Source of the DNA: Thermoplasmatota archaeon
GTDB lineage: Archaea > Thermoplasmatota > E2 > JACPAO01 > JAHFTW01
Direction: 5' to 3'
Assembly (NCBI GenBank): GCA_041601615.1
Contig: JBFIHX010000017.1
Coordinates: 1-54,214 of the forward strand
Length of the DNA stretch: 54,214 nucleotides
Shown here: one piece after another, positions 1-9,959 of the stretch
Layout: each line of letters starts with the position of its first letter
Numbering within the stretch: position 1 is the stretch's first letter
Made by a program: the position numbers and the translations under genes
Notes under the pieces: generated by a model
Told to the model about the DNA's origin: nothing
Seen by the model: only the letters and a program-made list of their open reading frames with translations
Database searches by the model: none

Positions 1-404
<404 letters not shown>

Positions 405-495
405 TGAAAATAGCGTAGATGAATCGATATATTCCTTCCAAAAGGCTGCGTGTGCACATGTCATCCGACTCCAATAGTGGAGTCTCATCACACTT

Positions 496-621
496 GTGGT
501 GGGGCGGCCATAGCGACCTGGTTCACCCGTTCTCGTTTCGATCACGGAAGTTAAGCAGGTCTGCGTTGGGCCTTGTACTGTTGTGCGCGAGCCAACGGGA
601 AAACCCATCGTCGCCCACCAC
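496..621 (+). rRNA. rrf: 5S rRNA
   Basis: GGCGGCCATAGCG...CACCCGTTCTCGTTTCGATCACGGAAGTTAAGC; terminal helix GTGGTGGG/CCCACCAC; ~125 nt. Confidence 0.95.
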
Positions 622-634
622 TCCCCCTCCTTTT
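622..634 (+). terminator. Probable pyrimidine/oligo-T terminator after 5S
   Basis: TCCCCCTCCTTTT directly after the 5S 3' end. Confidence 0.45.
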
Positions 635-708
635 ATCCTGGCTGCGTCTGCGTAGTCTTGGAACCTCTTTCCAACTTGCCACGGTCCCTTTGGGGGCCGA
701 GTGATCGA

Positions 709-3700
709 ATGGTCGGTCTTTCTCGATTTTGTACCCACGGCAATCTGCGGCTTACCTGCAAACTCTGTAAGTCCGAGACTGTCCAAGAAGCGGTGGTTCG
801 TGCCGCGACGAATCGTGCGCGGGGTGAATCGGGGTCGATTGGCCGTGTTGAGGGTACGGCTTTGCATTATCCGTGGCAGCGGGAGGGCTTTGAAGCCTGG
901 CGCGAAGGCGGCCGCAATGGTTTGGTTGCGTTGTCTCTTGGGATTCCTGCGGGGGATCTTACGTATGAGGTGTTGGCGGATGTTGTGAATGGCAATCCGT
1001 CGTTGAATGTTTTGTTTGCTGTGGCTCCGAGCGATGTGGAGTCGGTGCGGCGAACGCTTTCGGAGCGATTTTCGTTGCATCCTTCTTCGATCTCGGATCA
1101 TCATTACTTGGAGCCTCGGGAGGAGGGCAGTTTGGTGGTTGCTGATCTTGAGGAGCTTCAGACGGTGGAGCTCGAGAATTGGGGTCGTTTTGCCAGCAAT
1201 GGCCTTCTGGTTCTTCTTGACGCCGATGGCGTAAATCCTCTTCTGGGGGAGCGCCTTCTTGGCACGCCGTTCCGTTTCCGTTTTTGTTTGTCGCGTAAGC
1301 CGTCGGCGGTGGATCTTTTGATTTCTCGGCCGTGGGTGAAGGCGTTTGGTTCTCTTGTGTATCGTTACACGGAGGAGCAGGCGCGCGACATTGGGGTCTT
1401 GCCTCGTATTCATTACAAGTGCCATGTGGCGATGCTTCGTCCGGAGCCTCGTTCGGAGGAGCATGGGCCGGAGGGTCCGTGGGATCCGTCGGACATTCCT
1501 ACGCGTTTGCCGTCTGTTTCGGCGGGGCCTTTTGCGAAGGGTCGGGCGCGGGATGCTGCGTCGGAGCGGGCGGCTGGGCAGGAGGGTGTCGTGGTGATTC
1601 ACGATGGTACTCCGGTCAAGGGTGCTCGTGAGACGTTGGGGTTGCGTGCGCTTCCTGAGAAGTATGAGGATGCTCCGTCGTGTTGGTTTTTGGCGGAGCC
1701 GGCGGCGGATCAGCGTGCGGTGCTTCGGCTTGCGACGACGGCTTGGAAGACGTTGCAGGCGCCGGGTGCGGTGGAGGACGTGGTGGTTCTTCCTGTGGCG
1801 GCGGATCTTTGCAATACGCCTCCTTGGGAGGAGAAGTGGCGTTTGGCTGCGGTGCAATTGGATCGTGTGATTGCTGGGCTTTTGCTTGCGGAGGCGCCGG
1901 CGGAGGCGATGGCGGTGGAGGACTTGGAGTCGGTTGTGGGCGTTGCGTTGGCGCTGCGTGGCATTCCGGCTGAGGATTTGCATGATTTGACGCCGGTTGT
2001 GGCGCGTGCGGCGGCGATTGCGCACGAAGGTTTGAGTGTGGATCCGCAGGAGGTTCAGGATGCGGCCCGTGCCCATAGTGGCATTGCGGGTGCGCTTTTG
2101 GTGGCTGCTGAGAGCGGTCCGTTTCATCTTCTTCGTCTAGCCACTCCCAGGTTTACGCCGGGTGTGCCGGACTTGCCTCATCCTGGTTTGTACGATGCGC
2201 GGCGTCATGCGTGGCGCGGCAAGGCGTTCATGGCGTTGGCGCGGGCGGCGGACAAGGGCGATTTGATTACGGCGTGGGGCAACCACCCGGAGCTTCGTTT
2301 TGTCTTCCCGAGCAGTGCGTTGTTGGAGTCGGCGAGTGCCTACTGCAAGCGTCACAAGTTCAAGTCGCCCATGGATGCGTTTTCGCTCAAGCGGGTGCCG
2401 GATCGTACGGAGATTGCGGCGGGCGATGTTGAGGCGGCTTCGGCGGCTCTCAAGGAGTGGAGCGATGCGCTGGGGATGGCGGAGGAGTATGAACGTCAGT
2501 ACTTGGCGGACATGCATCACCGGCAACCGGAGCGCGAGCGCCGCCGCGAGGGTCTTGCGTTGACGGAGTTGCGGGTGATCAACAAGGATCGCGACACTGT
2601 GGTCTTGGAGACCCGTCGTGCTCGGTTCCCGCCGACGAACATCAGTCCAGGCTGCGAGGTCTCTTTTGTCGCTTCGGGCGACCGGCGCGAGTTGGGTCGG
2701 GGTTTGGTTTCTCGGCTTAGTACGCGTCGCATCATTGTGGAGTGCCCGGCGGGCAGTCCGTATCAGCTTCCGGACAAGGTGACGGTCAATCTTACGTTCG
2801 ATGCGAAGGTGTTCGAGGCGTACCACACGGCGATTCTTGGAGCTCGGCGTGCCTTGTCGGCTTCGACGCCGCGTGATGAGGGGCCGGATGGGCTCATTCG
2901 TGCGGCGCTTCTTGGCGAGACTCCGGCTCCGGAGTCGTTGCGGCAGGAGTTTGCTGCGCCCAATTTGACGGCGAGTCAGCGTCAGTCCATTGAGGAGGTG
3001 CTTTCGGGTGGTCGCGTGCGGCTCATTCATGGGCCTCCTGGGACGGGCAAGACGCACACGTTGGTGCATCTTGCGATGGCGTTGACGCGCGCGGGCCACA
3101 GTGTGCTCGTTACGGCGGACAGCAATGCGGCCGTGGACAACATGGTTGTGGGGCTGCGTCGCGGTGGGGCTCCGGTCGTGCGCGTGGGGCACTCGCCCAA
3201 TTTGCGTGATCCGGCGGCGGAGCCGGCTCGCATTGATCCCAGTGATGCGCCGGCGTTTGTGCGTTGGGCGGCAGAGCAGGGGATTGTGGTGGCGACGACC
3301 AACTACGGTGCGTTCCGGTACATTGACCCTAAGGGCGGCATGACGCCGTTCGTTTTCGATTACGTCATTCACGACGAGGCGGGCCAGTCCACGGCTCCCA
3401 GCAGCCTCGCGGCGGCGCTTCGTGGTCGGCGTCTTGTGCTTGCAGGAGATCCGAAGCAGTTGCCGCCGACGGTAGTGGCGATCGACGCGAAGGATGCGGG
3501 TTTGGATCGGACTCTGTTCGAGCGCATCGAGGAGTTGACGGGTCCGGATCGTACGACGTTGCTGCGCACGCAGTTCCGGATGCGTGAGCCGATTGTGGCA
3601 TTCTCGAACAAGCGCTACTATGAGGGCAAGATTGAGACGGCGCCTTCGGCGGCAAGCCAGGAGGGCATCGAGGAGTTGCCTGCGGCGGCGTTCCAGCACG

Positions 3701-4887
3701 TGACGGGTCGTGAGAATCCGCGTCAGCGCAATGGTTCCATTTCCAATGACTACGAGGCGGACTGCATGCGCCACATGGTGCAAAAGTACCGCACGGAGAT
3801 CCGCGACCGTGGTTGGACCATGGCGGTCCTTACGCCGTACCAGGCGCAGCGCGAGAAGCTTCGCCAGTTCCTTCCGGATGTGGAGATCAGTACCGTGGAT
3901 GGTGCGCAGGGCCGCGAGTGGGATGTGGTGTTCTACAGTTCCGTGCGCAGCAATCCGCGCCACCGTTTGGGTTTCCTTGCCGATGAGCGACGCTTGAATG
4001 TCGCTGTCACCCGCGCCAAGCGGCACTTTGTCCTGGTGGGCGATGAGCGCACGCTGCGCAGCCATGAGGGCTTCGATCAGTACGTGGAGGGCTCCACGAA
4101 GATTCGTATGTTCTATCCTGAGAAGGACGGGCGCATTGGCGTTCCTCCCAAGGCGGGGGCTGTACCGCATCGGCCAAGGTCTGCCGGCGACTCGGATCGG
4201 TATTCTTCTTTCAATCAAAGTTCAAGGGCCCCTGCGCCCAAGCCTGCACGAACACCCGAGCCTGCGGCATCGTCCAATGCCCCTGCGGCCGACGCGGGAA
4301 AGCGCAAGCGCAAGCGGCGCCGTCGCCGTCGCACGGGTGATGATGAGTTGGGCGCTCCTGAGGAAGGTCGTGTGGACGAGCAGCGTCGTGACCGACGAAG
4401 TTCGGATGCGGGATCAAGTCGGGGTCGCCAGGATGGGCGGGACCGCCGCGACGAGCGGCCGCTTCGGGGTGAGCCTGTGGTGTCGCCAGCTGCGGATGAA
4501 GATCCGGTTCCGCGAGAGGGTCGTCCGCCGCGTCGCACGTTCCATGTTCCAGAGGCTGGCGAGGCGGACAAGCGTCCGGGTCGTCCGCCGCGCAGTGAAT
4601 CGGCTCGGGGCGTTGATCGCCGTGAGCGTTCGGATGGGTCGGCGTCTCGTTCCCCGAGTGCGCCTGCAAAGCCTTCTGCTGCGGAGCCTGAAACGAATCC
4701 TGCCAGCAAACCGGCGTCGAAGCCGGTGTCGAAACCTGCGCCGAAGCTGGCGTCGAAGTCGGCAAAGATGCCAGCGCCGAAGGAAGTTGCGGCGGGTGGT
4801 AAGTGCCAGGCGAAGACCCAGGCCGGTTCGCCGTGCAAGAACAACGCCAAGCCGGGCAGTCGCTTCTGTGGCCGGCACGGCGGTTGA
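709..4887 (+). CDS. Multidomain SF1 (Upf1/DNA2/IGHMBP2-like) helicase with degenerate SF2-like N-terminal region and C-terminal DUF5763-like Cys/His finger
   Basis: GPPGTGKT, DEAGQ, GDPKQLPP, LFER, QFRM, TPYQAQ, TVDGAQGRE, RRLNVAVTRAK; C-terminal CQAKTQAGSPCKN...FCGRH. Start moved to ATG 709 because the longer ORF overlaps the 5S gene. Confidence 0.9.
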   Translation: MVGLSRFCTHGNLRLTCKLCKSETVQEAVVRAATNRARGESGSIGRVEGTALHYPWQREGFEAWREGGRNGLVALSLGIPAGDLTYEVLADVVNGNPSLNVLFAVAPSDVESVRRTLSERFSLHPSSISDHHYLEPREEGSLVVADLEELQTVELENWGRFASNGLLVLLDADGVNPLLGERLLGTPFRFRFCLSRKPSAVDLLISRPWVKAFGSLVYRYTEEQARDIGVLPRIHYKCHVAMLRPEPRSEEHGPEGPWDPSDIPTRLPSVSAGPFAKGRARDAASERAAGQEGVVVIHDGTPVKGARETLGLRALPEKYEDAPSCWFLAEPAADQRAVLRLATTAWKTLQAPGAVEDVVVLPVAADLCNTPPWEEKWRLAAVQLDRVIAGLLLAEAPAEAMAVEDLESVVGVALALRGIPAEDLHDLTPVVARAAAIAHEGLSVDPQEVQDAARAHSGIAGALLVAAESGPFHLLRLATPRFTPGVPDLPHPGLYDARRHAWRGKAFMALARAADKGDLITAWGNHPELRFVFPSSALLESASAYCKRHKFKSPMDAFSLKRVPDRTEIAAGDVEAASAALKEWSDALGMAEEYERQYLADMHHRQPERERRREGLALTELRVINKDRDTVVLETRRARFPPTNISPGCEVSFVASGDRRELGRGLVSRLSTRRIIVECPAGSPYQLPDKVTVNLTFDAKVFEAYHTAILGARRALSASTPRDEGPDGLIRAALLGETPAPESLRQEFAAPNLTASQRQSIEEVLSGGRVRLIHGPPGTGKTHTLVHLAMALTRAGHSVLVTADSNAAVDNMVVGLRRGGAPVVRVGHSPNLRDPAAEPARIDPSDAPAFVRWAAEQGIVVATTNYGAFRYIDPKGGMTPFVFDYVIHDEAGQSTAPSSLAAALRGRRLVLAGDPKQLPPTVVAIDAKDAGLDRTLFERIEELTGPDRTTLLRTQFRMREPIVAFSNKRYYEGKIETAPSAASQEGIEELPAAAFQHVTGRENPRQRNGSISNDYEADCMRHMVQKYRTEIRDRGWTMAVLTPYQAQREKLRQFLPDVEISTVDGAQGREWDVVFYSSVRSNPRHRLGFLADERRLNVAVTRAKRHFVLVGDERTLRSHEGFDQYVEGSTKIRMFYPEKDGRIGVPPKAGAVPHRPRSAGDSDRYSSFNQSSRAPAPKPARTPEPAASSNAPAADAGKRKRKRRRRRRTGDDELGAPEEGRVDEQRRDRRSSDAGSSRGRQDGRDRRDERPLRGEPVVSPAADEDPVPREGRPPRRTFHVPEAGEADKRPGRPPRSESARGVDRRERSDGSASRSPSAPAKPSAAEPETNPASKPASKPVSKPAPKLASKSAKMPAPKEVAAGGKCQAKTQAGSPCKNNAKPGSRFCGRHGG

Positions 4888-4900
4888 GCTGGTTTCTGGT

Positions 4901-5530
4901 TCAATCTTCGCTGCGCGCTAGGGCGTCGGCAAGTTCGGTTTCTCGAAGGTGTCGTCGGTGTCGAGCCCAGCTTCGGCCGAGTGTTACGACCACGAGGAGG
5001 CCGCTGGGGATGGCGGCGAGGTAGCCGAGGATGAGGCTGCGGTTTTCTTCGTCAACGAAGCGAGCGGTGATTTTGACGCGGGCGGTGCCGTCGGTGCCGT
5101 TGGCGGGGTCGGCGCGGGGGGCGGCGTCGTTGTCGTAGTAGTTGTCGCTGTTGTCAAAGACGACGGTGATCCAGGTGTTGCCGTCGCTTTGCAGGGTGAA
5201 GGTGTGGGTGCCGTTGACGTGGGTCTGGCTGGGTTCGGCGTGGTAGCTGAAGGGGCGGCTTAGGACCAGTTTGCCGTCGGAGGGCAGGTCGCTTGCCCAT
5301 TCGTTGTCCATGACGTAGACATCGATCTCACCTTGGAGCACTTGGACTTCGACGACGATGTCACTGCCGGCGAGGCTTGGTTGGAGGCTTTCTTGGCGCA
5401 CTTCGCCGGGTGCGAGGTTGAAGGCGCTGTTGGCTTCGCGCAATTCGATGTTGGCGGGGGCGTAGTAGATGCCGGCGAACACCGCGAAGACCACGGCAAG
5501 CCCGAGGAGTGCTGCGAGCAGCTTGAACAT
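4901..5530 (-). CDS. Hypothetical membrane protein (N- and C-terminal TM helices flanking a beta-rich extracellular domain)
   Basis: MFKLLAALLGLAVVFAVFAG N-terminus and C-terminal hydrophobic helix; last gene of a tightly packed operon. Confidence 0.75.
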   Translation of the reverse strand: MFKLLAALLGLAVVFAVFAGIYYAPANIELREANSAFNLAPGEVRQESLQPSLAGSDIVVEVQVLQGEIDVYVMDNEWASDLPSDGKLVLSRPFSYHAEPSQTHVNGTHTFTLQSDGNTWITVVFDNSDNYYDNDAAPRADPANGTDGTARVKITARFVDEENRSLILGYLAAIPSGLLVVVTLGRSWARHRRHLRETELADALARSED

Positions 5531-5532
5531 GT

Positions 5533-6510
5533 TCAGGACTCCGCCGGGGTCGGTTCTACGTCCGCGAGGGGTTTGGCGTGGGTGCTGGGGGCCAGGGGGG
5601 TTCCTGGGCGGTTTTGGAGCATGCGTCGGTGCATGGCAGCGGTGAGGGGTGCCAGCAGGATGCCGAGTGCGGTGAGCCACGTCAGGGTTTGCAGGGCCGG
5701 GTCGTACATGTGTAGGTCGTTGGCGGGGATTTCTTCGGCAAAGAATTTGGTGGCCAAGAACAGGGCGCCGGCGGCGGGGAGGGTGCAGAAGGTCAGGAAT
5801 CCGACCATGGGGCTGGTGATGCGTTGCCACCAGGGTGCGCTGCGGGGTACGGGGTGGGGCATACCCCAGCGGCCTTGGACGAGGTTCCAGAAGCGGCTGC
5901 GATTGACGGTGACGGCGAGGCCGCCGCCGAGCATGGCGCCGATGAGGTTGAAGTGCAGGTCGCGCATGGTATTCTCGTAGCCGCCTTGGTCGATGGTTTG
6001 GAAGGCGGTTTTGCCGAGGTACTCATAGAGTTCGACGCCGACGCCGGCGGTCATGGAAGCGACCATGGTGCACAGGAACACCGTGCTGGCACTCCATTGT
6101 TGTCCGCGGCGGACGTGATAGACTTCGAAGAGGTAGGCGATGCCCATGGCGCTGGCCCCAATGCCGACGCCGTGGGTGAGGTGGTCCCACCAGTCGAAGT
6201 GGTGGTAGGCGCCGTTGACGCCGTGCATGCCCAGAAGGCCCATTTTGTAGGGATCGGGGCTGCCGAGGCTGCCGCCGCCGTAGTGGGTCAGGAGGGCGCC
6301 GACGATGGTCCATTGGATGTAGTGCGGTAGGTGCACTTCGAAGCGCCAGATGAGGTAGATTGCGGGGGCTCCAAGAAGGATGCCGCTGAAGGCGTAGTTG
6401 CGCCAGAGGGCGAAGTCGCGGGCTTCGTTGAAGAGTCCGAGCACTGCAAACAGGGTGACGCCGACGAGGAAAGGGATGACGGGCCGCAGGCTGCGGTCGC
6501 GGGGGAGCAT
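5533..6510 (-). CDS. Polytopic membrane protein, DUF2238-like
   Basis: Many TM segments; WWDHLTH, VELYEY and TMRDL motifs; start coupled to upstream stop (TAATG). Confidence 0.7.
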   Translation of the reverse strand: MLPRDRSLRPVIPFLVGVTLFAVLGLFNEARDFALWRNYAFSGILLGAPAIYLIWRFEVHLPHYIQWTIVGALLTHYGGGSLGSPDPYKMGLLGMHGVNGAYHHFDWWDHLTHGVGIGASAMGIAYLFEVYHVRRGQQWSASTVFLCTMVASMTAGVGVELYEYLGKTAFQTIDQGGYENTMRDLHFNLIGAMLGGGLAVTVNRSRFWNLVQGRWGMPHPVPRSAPWWQRITSPMVGFLTFCTLPAAGALFLATKFFAEEIPANDLHMYDPALQTLTWLTALGILLAPLTAAMHRRMLQNRPGTPLAPSTHAKPLADVEPTPAES

Positions 6511-6863
6511 TAGGGGCCCTCTAGCCAGTTCTTGTCGCTGACGGTGCTGCGGTGCCAGCGTTTCATGCGGTCTTCCGTGGCGCAGCCGCGGCACACGCCG
6601 AGCATGGCCCAGGAGTGGGCGGCGCAACTGGGGCGGTCGCAGCTTTTGCAGACCATGCGCGGGGGGTTTTTGCATTGGTGGCAGTGGTCGGGGTTGGCGG
6701 CGGGCTGGGCGGCGGGGCGGTCTTGGGCCCAGCGTGCCAGTTCGCGGTTGGATTCGGGGAGACTTGGCCGGTGACGGCGGGCGTCGTCGACGAAGGCGGC
6801 GGGGTCGCTGCTTTTGGCGCGTTTGCGTAGGTCGATGAGGTCGTCGTCGCCGAGCAGGTCCAT
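6510..6863 (-). CDS. Small zinc-finger protein
   Basis: CHQC-x6-CKSC-x4-CAAH-x7-CRGC; translationally coupled to carS (TGATG) and to the next gene. Confidence 0.75.
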   Translation of the reverse strand: MDLLGDDDLIDLRKRAKSSDPAAFVDDARRHRPSLPESNRELARWAQDRPAAQPAANPDHCHQCKNPPRMVCKSCDRPSCAAHSWAMLGVCRGCATEDRMKRWHRSTVSDKNWLEGP

Positions 6864-7456
6864 CACCAGGGGACCTCCTTGAGGCCGATCCAGTAGCCGA
6901 TGCGGTTGACCAGAAGGTGCAGGCCGACGGTGCCGACGATGATGGTGGTGAGGGCGATCCAGTTGCTCCAGAGCATGGTGTTCACCCAGCCGGCGGCAAG
7001 AAGTGGGGTGCCGAGGGCAAATCCGATGAGGCCGAAGAGTACGAAGTCGAGTTGGTCGAAGGGGATCCATGGGGCGCCGCGTTCTTTGCCGCGCCGGCGT
7101 TTGAAGTAGCTCTCCACGGCGTCGCCGACCAGGGCCAGTAGGCCGATGAGGAAGCCGACCATGAAGATGACGAGGGCGTGGCTGCCGGCGCTGCGTCCGA
7201 AGTCGGCGGCCCAAAAGATGCCGGCGGCGGCGTAGGAGAGGATGAGGGCGGTGGCGCCGCCTGCGATGCCGCCGCCTACGAGGCCGCGCCAGGTTTTGCC
7301 GTCTCCGAGCACGCGGGCGCCGTCTTTGTGGATGCGGCCGCCGTCGATTGGTTTGCCCCACCACGGCAACAATTTGGCCGAGAACACTGGGCTCATGTTC
7401 GCAACGTAGGCCGGCAAGAAGACCCACAAGGCAACTAGGATGGCCTTCCCGTCCAC
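6863..7456 (-). CDS. carS: CDP-archaeol synthase
   Basis: PAYVANMSPV, PIDGG, LGDGKTWRG, GDAVESYFKRR, PFDQLDF motifs. Confidence 0.93.
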   Translation of the reverse strand: MDGKAILVALWVFLPAYVANMSPVFSAKLLPWWGKPIDGGRIHKDGARVLGDGKTWRGLVGGGIAGGATALILSYAAAGIFWAADFGRSAGSHALVIFMVGFLIGLLALVGDAVESYFKRRRGKERGAPWIPFDQLDFVLFGLIGFALGTPLLAAGWVNTMLWSNWIALTTIIVGTVGLHLLVNRIGYWIGLKEVPW

Positions 7457-7768
7457 GGGCTGGCGACTCTTGAGGAAGATAAAGGGTTAGGGCCTTGTGT
7501 CTGGGGGCGGCTTAGAGGTGGTTTTGGGGCCCTTTCTTTCGCCCCAGGTCGTCGGCCGAGGGCCGGCGGCCTTGCCAGGGTAATCCGAGGGCGCGCAGCG
7601 CCCTAGGCCGTCAAGGGGCTGGCGACTCTTGGGGAGGATATTGGGTTAGGGCCTTGTGTCTGGGGGCGGATTGGAGGTGGTTTTGGGGCCCTTTTTCGCC
7701 CTAGGTCGTCGGCCGAGGGCCGGCGGCCTTGCCAGGGTAATCCGAGGGCACGCAGCGCCCTAGCCGTC
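7457..7768. repeat. Imperfect tandem duplication, two units (7457-7612 and 7616-7768)
   Basis: Both units run GGGCTGGCGACTCTTG...GGTTAGGGCCTTGTGTCTGGGGGCGG...GGTAATCCGAGGGC...GCCGTC with scattered substitutions and small indels. Confidence 0.95.
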
Positions 7769-8317
7769 GCGGACGTGGTCGCAGTGTGCCTTGACGTCCT
7801 GTTGGAGTTTGAGGGAGTTGTTGCCTTGGACTAGGAGCAGGCCGGTGCCGGTTTCTAGCAGGCGCATGCGGTTGGTGAGGTTGTGGGCCATTTCGGCCAC
7901 GGCCTCGTTGCCGTTGTAGACTGCGAGGGTGCTGAGGCTGTCGACGAAGAGGAAGCGTTGGTTGGCGGGTAGGCGGCGCAAGAGTTGTTCGGCGCGCAAT
8001 CCTGTTTTTTCCATGAGGGTTGGGCTGTCGATGTAGATTGCGTCCGGTTCGTTGGGCGGGGCGATGCCGGTGAGGGCGGTGATGCAGTCGACGAACTTCA
8101 GGCGCTCGTGGGGGATGCCGGCGTCGGCCAGAAGTTGGCGCAGGACGCCGACGGGGCGGTTGGCAGTGATGACGACACCGGTTTCGAAGCGTTCCAGGAG
8201 CACTGCGAGGGTGCTTGTGAGGGTTCGGATGTAGTGCTCCGCCTGGGTGAGAATGAGGACGATGTCGCTCGCGCCGGGCCATGTTGGCGCCGGTTCCAGT
8301 CGGGGCGGGTCGGTCAT
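7760..8317 (-). CDS. Inactive KaiC/RecA-fold domain protein (DUF7504/DUF835-like)
   Basis: VITANRP, FVDCIT, FVDSLSTLAVYN; no Walker A; ATGA overlap with upstream gene. Confidence 0.7.
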   Translation of the reverse strand: MTDPPRLEPAPTWPGASDIVLILTQAEHYIRTLTSTLAVLLERFETGVVITANRPVGVLRQLLADAGIPHERLKFVDCITALTGIAPPNEPDAIYIDSPTLMEKTGLRAEQLLRRLPANQRFLFVDSLSTLAVYNGNEAVAEMAHNLTNRMRLLETGTGLLLVQGNNSLKLQQDVKAHCDHVRDG

Positions 8318-9336
8318 GAGATCTGGAACCTGCATTGGTTGTCGCCGAGCGCTAGGGATGTTTCGCGCTCCACGCGGGCTCCGCTGGCGACTTGGTCCAC
8401 GGCGCCTGCGACGAGGTTCTTGCAGAGTCGGCATGCGTTCTCGCGTACCGCTTGGGCGATCTGCTCATCGTCGTTTCCCTTGCTTGTGGCGATGATGTGT
8501 GCGGCTTGGGGGCAGGTGCCGACGATGACTTCTCCGGGTTCGCTGGCGAGGAAGGTGCGGCCGCCGGTGTAGAGGACGGTTCGGGCGGCGTCGACGGGGT
8601 CCTTGGGCAGCATGCCCGCTGCATCCATGAGGCCGTATACCTTGCTTCCGACCTCGTTGGCGCAAGTACGCAGGATGTCGTGTACGGTTTCTTCCGGCAA
8701 GTGGTTGGTGAGGTAGTCGACGAGGCTGGTCAGGAGGAATGTGTAGAATGCGTAGGATAGGTCGTCGCATTCTTCGGGGGCGGGCGGCCGCTGCACCTCG
8801 CATTCCTTGTCGGGGCTTTCGGGGCGGGGGCTGCGGCTGCGTACGACGAATTCGCAGTGCGGGTCGCCAAACAGGATGCGGGTGCGCAGGTCCACGTCGT
8901 AGCCTTCTTCGGGCTTGAGGCCGGCGTTGACGCTGCCCAGGTAAGTGCCTCGGTGCAGGGAGCAAATCATTGCCTTCGGAAAGTCGCCAAGGTTGTGGAA
9001 TGCCGATAGGAATTCGCACGATTTGAGGCGCTTGACGGCGCGCCTCTTGGTGGACTCTGTCATGTCAAAATCGGTGCCCGTGACGCGGCTTACGACGTTC
9101 AGGGGCGTAAGTGCCGATACGGCGCCGGCGCTGGGGTCGCAGCGCACAAAGTGTCGATTCATGTAGACGGCGTTTGTTGCACCGAAGCGTTCCGTATAGG
9201 CCGGAAGAGTGCCAAGAACGACGCCTTCTCCAAGGACGTCGAAGCTTTTTTGCATCAACGCGGCCACTAGTTCTAGGAGGGTCCTCGTTGCGGCGCGTGC
9301 GTCCGCTCTGGGTGCCCCGATTTTATCCCCGTCCAC
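8314..9336 (-). CDS. Tandem V4R / methanogen-output-domain-like protein
   Basis: Two Cys-patterned modules: SCEF..MICSLH..GDPHCEF and TCP..ACRLC..GDNQCRF. Confidence 0.7.
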   Translation of the reverse strand: MDGDKIGAPRADARAATRTLLELVAALMQKSFDVLGEGVVLGTLPAYTERFGATNAVYMNRHFVRCDPSAGAVSALTPLNVVSRVTGTDFDMTESTKRRAVKRLKSCEFLSAFHNLGDFPKAMICSLHRGTYLGSVNAGLKPEEGYDVDLRTRILFGDPHCEFVVRSRSPRPESPDKECEVQRPPAPEECDDLSYAFYTFLLTSLVDYLTNHLPEETVHDILRTCANEVGSKVYGLMDAAGMLPKDPVDAARTVLYTGGRTFLASEPGEVIVGTCPQAAHIIATSKGNDDEQIAQAVRENACRLCKNLVAGAVDQVASGARVERETSLALGDNQCRFQIS

Positions 9337-9440
9337 CGTGGTAGGGTGAGTTCTGCGAGCAGATAATCTTCCACCATGACGTTTTATAAGGTCCGAGGGT
9401 AGGAGTGACCGGGTCGAGGCTGGCCTTTGGAGGGTAGAGT

Positions 9441-9959
9441 TTGGTGAGGATTCGTGTGGTGGTGCCGAGCGCCGACGCGCATGTCGCGAGCTTGGCTTCG
9501 CATGTGCGTTCGCTCCAGGCAGCGGGCCGCCGGGTTCTACTCGTCACGGCGAACCGACCTTTTCGTACGTTGTGCGACCGGTTTGCTGAGAACGGAATCG
9601 ATACGGACGCCCTGTTTTTCGTGGATGCGGTAAGCTGCATCAATGGGGCTGAACCTCCTGAACGGCCTCCCAATGCGATGTTTTTGCAGTCCCCGACGAT
9701 GCTCGAGATGATCGCCATGCGAACGGAACAGATCCTGACCCGGATGGGAGAAGGTGCGCATGTGGTTGTGGACTGTCTCAATGCGTTTGCGCTGTACAAC
9801 GGCGCCAGTCCGGTGCAAGAATTCAGTCACTATTTGGCCAACCGGTTGCGTAGCCGGGGCGTCGATGGGGATCTTTTGGTGCTGGACAACGACGAGGGCC
9901 GCGCTTTGGCCAGTTCGGTGTCTGGCTTCACCGATGCCCGATTGGAGGTGGGCGTATGA
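9441..9959 (+). CDS. Inactive KaiC/RecA-fold domain protein, paralog of 7760-8317
   Basis: VTANRP, FVDAVS, PPN..SPTMLE, VDCLNAFALYN align by eye with the 7760-8317 product. Confidence 0.72.
   Translation: MVRIRVVVPSADAHVASLASHVRSLQAAGRRVLLVTANRPFRTLCDRFAENGIDTDALFFVDAVSCINGAEPPERPPNAMFLQSPTMLEMIAMRTEQILTRMGEGAHVVVDCLNAFALYNGASPVQEFSHYLANRLRSRGVDGDLLVLDNDEGRALASSVSGFTDARLEVGV

Noticed and set aside
523-4218. Long minus-strand ORFs (534 and 693 aa) and many similar Arg-rich shadow ORFs across the window
   Set aside because: Antisense to motif-supported genes in high-GC DNA; no recognisable motifs.
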